A DNA stretch of 64,000 bases from positions 192,001 through 256,000 of the forward strand of contig CAVRZA010000001.1 of NCBI GenBank assembly GCA_963725665.1, read 5' to 3'. The translations under genes were made by a program, and so were the position numbers. Under the pieces are notes generated by a model. That model was not told the DNA's origin. It worked only from the letters and a program-made list of their open reading frames with translations, and did not search any database. This stretch comes from an uncultured Actinomycetes bacterium (lineage in GTDB: Bacteria; Actinomycetota; Thermoleophilia; UBA2241). Below are positions 59,108 through 64,000 of this stretch, piece after piece; the stretch's first letter is position 1; the number at the start of each line of letters is the position of its first letter.

Positions 59108-60502
59108 ATGGCAGACGGTACTGTGTATCCCTACATCCCGAACTCCGTGCCCGAAGTCAAGGAGGAGATGCTCAAGACGGTCGGCATCTCCAGCACGGAG
59201 GACATCTACGCGGAGATCCCCGCTCATCTGCGCTTCAAGCGCAAGCTTGAGACCCCCGGTCCGATCCCCTCGGAGTACGCCTTGCGGCGCCACGTCGAGG
59301 AGATCCTCGACAAGAACAAGGACTGCAAGCAGTACATCGGCTTCCTCGGCGGCGGCGTGTGGAACCACCACGTCCCGTCGGTCGTCACCACCATCATGGA
59401 ACGCGACGAGTTCCTCACCTCCTACGTCGGCGAGGCCTACGCCGACCACGGCAAGTGGCAGGCTCAGTTCGAGTTTGCCAGCTGCATCGCCGAGCTCGTC
59501 GAGATGGACATGGTCAACACGCCCACCTACGACTGGGGCATGGCCGCCGCCACCTCGATCCGCATGGCCTCGCGCATCACGGGACGCGGCGAGGCCCTCT
59601 ACGCCGCCAACATCGGCCCCGAGCGTCTCTCCTGCATGAAGAACTACGCTTGGTCGGCGGTGCCCACCTTCACCGAGGTGGCCATCGACCCCACAACGGG
59701 GCTCACTCGATCTGGCCGACCTGAAGGCGAGACTCACCGACAAGGTGGCCGTCTTCTACTTCGAGAACCCCGCCTTCCTGGGCATGGTCGAGACGCAGGC
59801 GGCCGAGATCGTCGAGCTCGTGCACGCCGCCGGCGCCCTCGTAGCTGTGGGCGTCGACCCGATCTCGCTCGGCGTCCTCGAGGCCCCCGGCGTCTACGGC
59901 GCCGACATCGCCTGCGGCGACGTGCAGCCGCTGGGCATCCCCATGCAGGCCGGTGGCGGCCAGGGCGGCTTCGTCGCCACCCAGGACGAGCCGCGGTTCA
60001 CCGGCGAGTTCCCCTCGCTGCTCTTCGGCGTCACGCCGACGGTCGTCGAAGGCGAGTACGGCTTCGGCGAGGTCTTCTTCGAGCGCACCTCCTACGCCTC
60101 GCGCGAGAAGGCCAAGGACTTCCTCGGCACGATGGCCCAGCTGCACGGCATCGGCGCCGGCGTGTACCTGTCGCTGATGGGTCCGCAAGGGCATGCAGGA
60201 GCTCGGCGAGGGCATCATGCAGCGCTCGGCGTACTGCGCGGCCCGGCTTGCCGCGCTGCCCGGCGTCAAGGCGCCCGCGTTCTCGGCGCCCTTCTTCAAG
60301 GAGTTCGTGGTCGACTTCAACGGTACCGGCAAGACGCGTGGCCGAGATCAACAAGGCCCTGCTCGCGCACAAGATCCACGGCGGCAAGGACCTCTCCTCG
60401 ATGTTCCCCAGCCTGGGTCAGAGCGCGCTCTACTGCGTCACCGAGGTCCACACCAAGGGCGACCTCGATGCGCTCGTCGGCGCGCTGAAGGAGATCCTCT
60501 GA
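59108..60502 (+). CDS. gcvPA: Glycine dehydrogenase P-protein subunit alpha-like, frameshifts near 59707, 60190, 60338
   Basis: PYIPN, FLGGG, EFLTSY, ENP..G, DPISLG, QPLGIP, REKA, FFKEFVV, CVTE. Confidence 0.85.
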   Translation: MADGTVYPYIPNSVPEVKEEMLKTVGISSTEDIYAEIPAHLRFKRKLETPGPIPSEYALRRHVEEILDKNKDCKQYIGFLGGGVWNHHVPSVVTTIMERDEFLTSYVGEAYADHGKWQAQFEFASCIAELVEMDMVNTPTYDWGMAAATSIRMASRITGRGEALYAANIGPERLSCMKNYAWSAVPTFTEVAIDPTTGLTRSGRPEGETHRQGGRLLLREPRLPGHGRDAGGRDRRARARRRRPRSCGRRPDLARRPRGPRRLRRRHRLRRRAAAGHPHAGRWRPGRLRRHPGRAAVHRRVPLAALRRHADGRRRRVRLRRGLLRAHLLRLAREGQGLPRHDGPAARHRRRRVPVADGSARACRSSARASCSARRTARPGLPRCPASRRPRSRRPSSRSSWSTSTVPARRVAEINKALLAHKIHGGKDLSSMFPSLGQSALYCVTEVHTKGDLDALVGALKEIL

Positions 60503-60533
60503 CCCCGGCCCGGCTCGAGAAAGGAGAGAGTCC

Positions 60534-62093
60534 ATGGGCATCGTGAAAGTGCGCAAGAACTACCATCAGGCTCGCTGGGACGAGCCGATGATCTTCGAGC
60601 TCTCCACGCCGGGCGTGCGTGGCATCCTCCCGCCGGAGCCGGAGAAGGAGATCGCCGACGCGGTCGGCGACGTCGCCGGCAAGCTGCCGACGGGCATCCG
60701 CCGCAAGAAGCCGCCGGCGCTGCCCGAGGTCGACCAGAAGCAGGTCCTCTCCCACTTCCTGCACCTCTCGCAGGAGACGCTGGGCTCGAACCTGAACGCC
60801 GACCTGAGCCAGGGCACCTGCACGATGAAGTACAACCCGCGGGTCAACGAGGACCTCGTCATGGACCCGCGCTTCGCCTACGTGCACCCCTGGCAGGACG
60901 ACGACACGATGCAGGGCGTGCTCGAGATCTACTACAAGTTCGAGCAGATCCTCAAAGAGGTCTCGGGCATGGACCGCTTCACCCTCCAGCCGGGGGGCGG
61001 AGCGCACGCGGTGTTCACTGCGGCCTCGATCATCCGTGCCTACCATCGCGACCGCGGCGAGCTCGAGCAGCGCGACGAGGTCGTCACGACCATGTTCTCG
61101 CACCCCTGCGACGCCGCTTCGCCGCACACGGCCGGCTTCAAGATCGTCACCCTGATGCCGAACGAGGACGGCTATCCCGACCTCGACGCGCTGAAGGCGG
61201 TCGTCGGTCCGCACACGGCGGCGGTGCACATCACCAACCCCGAGGACACCGGCATCTACAACCCGCTGATCGACAAGTTCGTCGATGTCGTGCACGACGC
61301 CGGCGGCGTGTGCTTCAACGACCAGGCCAACGGCAACGTGCTCATGGGCATCGCCCGCACGCGCGACGCCGGCTTCGACCTCTGCCACTACAACGTGCAC
61401 AAGACGTTCGCCTCGCCGCACGCCGGCTCGGGTCCCGGCACCGGCGCCATGGGCTGCCGCGAGGAGTTCGCCAAGTACCTGCCCTACCCGACGGTGGAGT
61501 ACGACGAGAAGAGCGGCCGCTACTACCTCGACTACGACCGCCCCGAGTCGGTGGGCAAGATCAAGGGCTTCCTGGGCTCCGCCGGCGTCGTGCTGCGCGC
61601 CTACGCCTGGTGCGTCATGATGGGCCCCGACGGCCTGCGCGAGACGGCCGAGATGTCGGCCCTCAACAACAACTACTTCCTGAAGATGCTCGAGAAGGTG
61701 CCCGACCTGTACTACCCGTACGCCAAGGGGCATCGCCGCCTCGAGGAGGCACGCTGCAGCTGGGAGAGGCTCACCGAGAAGACCGGCGTCGGCACCGACG
61801 ACATCCTGCGCCGCGTGGGCGACTTCGGCCTGCAGCACTACTGGTCGAGCCACCATCCCTGGGTGGTGCCCGAGCCGATGACCCTCGAGCCCTGCGAGAC
61901 CTTCTCCAAGGAGGACCTCGAGGAGTACGCGGCGGTGCTGGAGATCATCGCCAAAGAGGCCTACGAGGACCCCGAGATGGTCAAGGGAGCGCCGTACAAG
62001 TGCGCCACGCACAAGCGCGCCGCCGAGGAGGAGCTCGACGATCCCGACAAGTGGGCCACGACCTGGAAGGCCTACAAGCGCAAGCACGGCTAA
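60534..62093 (+). CDS. gcvPB: Glycine dehydrogenase P-protein subunit beta-like
   Basis: GTCTMKYNP, QPGGGAH, TNP, NVHKTF (PLP Lys), PHAGSGPG, EPCET. Confidence 0.9.
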   Translation: MGIVKVRKNYHQARWDEPMIFELSTPGVRGILPPEPEKEIADAVGDVAGKLPTGIRRKKPPALPEVDQKQVLSHFLHLSQETLGSNLNADLSQGTCTMKYNPRVNEDLVMDPRFAYVHPWQDDDTMQGVLEIYYKFEQILKEVSGMDRFTLQPGGGAHAVFTAASIIRAYHRDRGELEQRDEVVTTMFSHPCDAASPHTAGFKIVTLMPNEDGYPDLDALKAVVGPHTAAVHITNPEDTGIYNPLIDKFVDVVHDAGGVCFNDQANGNVLMGIARTRDAGFDLCHYNVHKTFASPHAGSGPGTGAMGCREEFAKYLPYPTVEYDEKSGRYYLDYDRPESVGKIKGFLGSAGVVLRAYAWCVMMGPDGLRETAEMSALNNNYFLKMLEKVPDLYYPYAKGHRRLEEARCSWERLTEKTGVGTDDILRRVGDFGLQHYWSSHHPWVVPEPMTLEPCETFSKEDLEEYAAVLEIIAKEAYEDPEMVKGAPYKCATHKRAAEEELDDPDKWATTWKAYKRKHG

Positions 62094-62150
62094 GCCTCGA
62101 TCTGTGACGGTCCAGTGAGAGGGAAGTGACGAGAGAGTAGGGATCAGACC

Positions 62151-62195
62151 CGTCCGCGCTGCGCGCCGCCGTCACGGCGGCGCGCAGCGCGGACG
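62151..62195 (+). terminator. 21-bp perfect hairpin between gcvPB and the kinase gene
   Basis: CGTCCGCGCTGCGCGCCGCCG-TCA-CGGCGGCGCGCAGCGCGGACG; no U-tract. Confidence 0.6.
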
Positions 62196-62273
62196 CGACG
62201 ATGACCGAAGCCCGAGGACGGCGGAGCACGACAGGCGCGCAAGCCTCTCGGGGATGACAGACCAGGAGGTCGT

Positions 62274-63409
62274 GTGCGGAAGGTGAAGCGACTGGGTCTC
62301 ATCGTCAATCCCGTCGCCGGCATGGGCGGCCGGGTCGGCCTCAAAGGGACCGACGGCGAGGAGATCCTCGCCAAGGCGCTGGCGCTGGGCGCCGAGCCGG
62401 AGGCACCCAGCCGGGTCGTCGAGGCCCTCAAGCAGCTCGGCGGCATAAGGGGCGACATCGAGATCCTGACCGTGTCGGGCGAGATGGGCGAGAACGAGCT
62501 GCGGGCCTGCGGCTTCGAGCCCACCGTGCTCTTCTCGACGAACGGCGACACGACGACCAGCGACGACACGCGGCGGGCGGCGCGCGAGCTCAAGGCCGCC
62601 GGCGTCGACCTGATCCTCTTCGCCGGCGGCGACGGCACTGCGCGCGACGTCTGCGCCGTGGTCGGCGACGACGTCGTCTGCCTCGGCGTGCCGGCGGGCT
62701 GCAAGATCCACTCTGGCGTGTACGGCATCAACCCGCGCAACGCCGGCGAGTTGGCGGCGCTCTACCTCGGGGGGCGCCGCTCGAAGGTCAGGCAGGGCGA
62801 GGTCATGGACATCGACGAGGACGCCTTCCGGCATGGTCGCGTCACGGCCGAGCTGTTCGGCTACCTCAGGGTGCCGGCCGACGAGAACCGGGTCCAGGGC
62901 GGCAAGGCCGGGCGCGCGCAGTCCGAGGAGAACGCCCTCGACGCCATCGCCTATCACGTCATGGACAACCTGATCTCCGGCTGCCTCTACATTCTCGGAA
63001 CAGGCAGTACCCTGTTCGGAATCAAACGGCGCCTCGGCATCGAGGGCACCCTGCTGGGGGTCGACGCCATGCGCGACGGCGAGTTGGTCGCAGCCGACGT
63101 CACCGAGCAGCAGCTCCTCGGTCTCCTCGGTCCCGAGGGCAGCATCGAGGCCCGCATCGTCGTCACGGTGATCGGGGGACAAGGCTACATCTTCGGCCGC
63201 GGCAACCAGCAGCTCAGCCCGCGTGTCATCGAGCGCGTCGGTCGCGAGAACATCATCGTCGTGGCCACCAAGAGGCAAGCTCGCCGCGCTTGCGCGGGCG
63301 GCCGCTCCTCGTCGACACGGGAAAGGAGGAGACAAACGAGATGCTGCGTGGCTACGTGCGCGTCATCGTGGGCTACCACGAGCAGATGGCCGTCAGGGTG
63401 AGTGCGTGA
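62274..63409 (+). CDS. ATP-NAD kinase-family protein, frameshifts near 63272-63300
   Basis: IVNPVAGMGG..GLKGTDG, GGDGTARD, GQGYIFGRGNQQLS, LLVDTG in shifted frame. Confidence 0.85.
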
Positions 63410-63496
63410 CGGTGCGGCGGGCACGTGCAGGGGGAAGGCGCCGGGGGGCGCCCACCTCGAATTCGAGTCTCGTCGTTCAAGAAAGGGGGAAATGCA

Positions 63497-64000
63497 ATGG
63501 CAGACGACTCTGGTAGACCGCCCAGGCCCGGACAGGACATGGAGCCGCCGGCGGCGCCCGGAGAAACCGCGGCCGAGCTCGCCGAGCGCGAGAAGTACTT
63601 CGCCGGTTCGGGGACGCTGAAGCGGTCCCTGCGCCTCTTCTACGTCTACGCCATCGCCACCGGCGCCATCTTCACGTTCATGGCGTACTGGGACGGATTC
63701 TTCTTGACGACGACCGGGCCCGTTCACCTTCATCGGCTTCGCCCTCATGATGGTCGCCGTCCTGCCCATCGGCTTCGTCTACGCCGAGTGGTCGGTGATG
63801 TGTCCCAGCGCTGGCGTCGAGCTGGTCTACGGCACCGTCGGCCTGAACAAGCACGCGGGCTTCTGGTCGACCTGGCTCATCCTGGCGGCCTGGCTAGCGG
63901 TGCCGCCGGCCGGTGTCTTGGGCATCGTGTCGTGGATCAACTACATGTTCGACCTGAACCTGTCGGTCGGGTGGATCGCGCTGATCAGCTGCGTCGTCCT
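63497..64000 (+). CDS. APC family amino acid/amine permease, 5' part, frameshift near 63720
   Basis: LKRSLRLFYVYAIATGAIF...YAEWSVMCPSAG; runs off window end. Confidence 0.82.
   Translation, partial: MADDSGRPPRPGQDMEPPAAPGETAAELAEREKYFAGSGTLKRSLRLFYVYAIATGAIFTFMAYWDGFFLTTTGPVHLHRLRPHDGRRPAHRLRLRRVVGDVSQRWRRAGLRHRRPEQARGLLVDLAHPGGLASGAAGRCLGHRVVDQLHVRPEPVGRVDRADQLRRP

Noticed and set aside
56147-60502. Programmed ribosomal frameshifting in transketolase or gcvPA
   Set aside because: Multiple scattered indels with no slippery heptamers; sequencing error is more likely

Overview
High-GC (roughly 70% by eye) bacterial DNA, most consistent with an anaerobic Actinomycetota lineage such as Thermoleophilia. 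That is an inference from leaderless genes, gene content and a secreted Ig-domain cytochrome. About 55 CDS can be called. Many carry single-base frameshifts, concentrated at 54-64 kb, which look like long-read consensus errors. The main signal is a full-length dimethylamine:corrinoid methyltransferase (mtbB, 49190-50596, minus). It has an in-frame amber codon at the conserved pyrrolysine position (ADGL-TAG-VGGGDP) and an immediately downstream PYLIS-like hairpin, although about one third of the other genes here still use TAG as stop. Other notable systems: (i) a cassette of three B12-dependent radical SAM enzymes, a GT-C-like membrane protein, an unknown protein and a tiny translationally coupled ORF (21.5-28.2 kb); (ii) a sphingosine-1-phosphate-lyase/FGGY kinase/MFS/ALDH/SDR operon plus a class II aldolase-class III aminotransferase fusion, possibly an undescribed amino-polyol catabolic route; (iii) a secreted 9-heme cytochrome c with C-terminal Ig-like domains and putative Rex/CRP-type sites; (iv) a gcvPA-gcvPB-NAD-kinase-like-APC permease operon lacking adjacent gcvT/H, with a structured leader; (v) a DUF6421 fusion with a zincin-like motif next to threonine aldolase. 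No rRNA, tRNA, CRISPR array or transposase was recognised.
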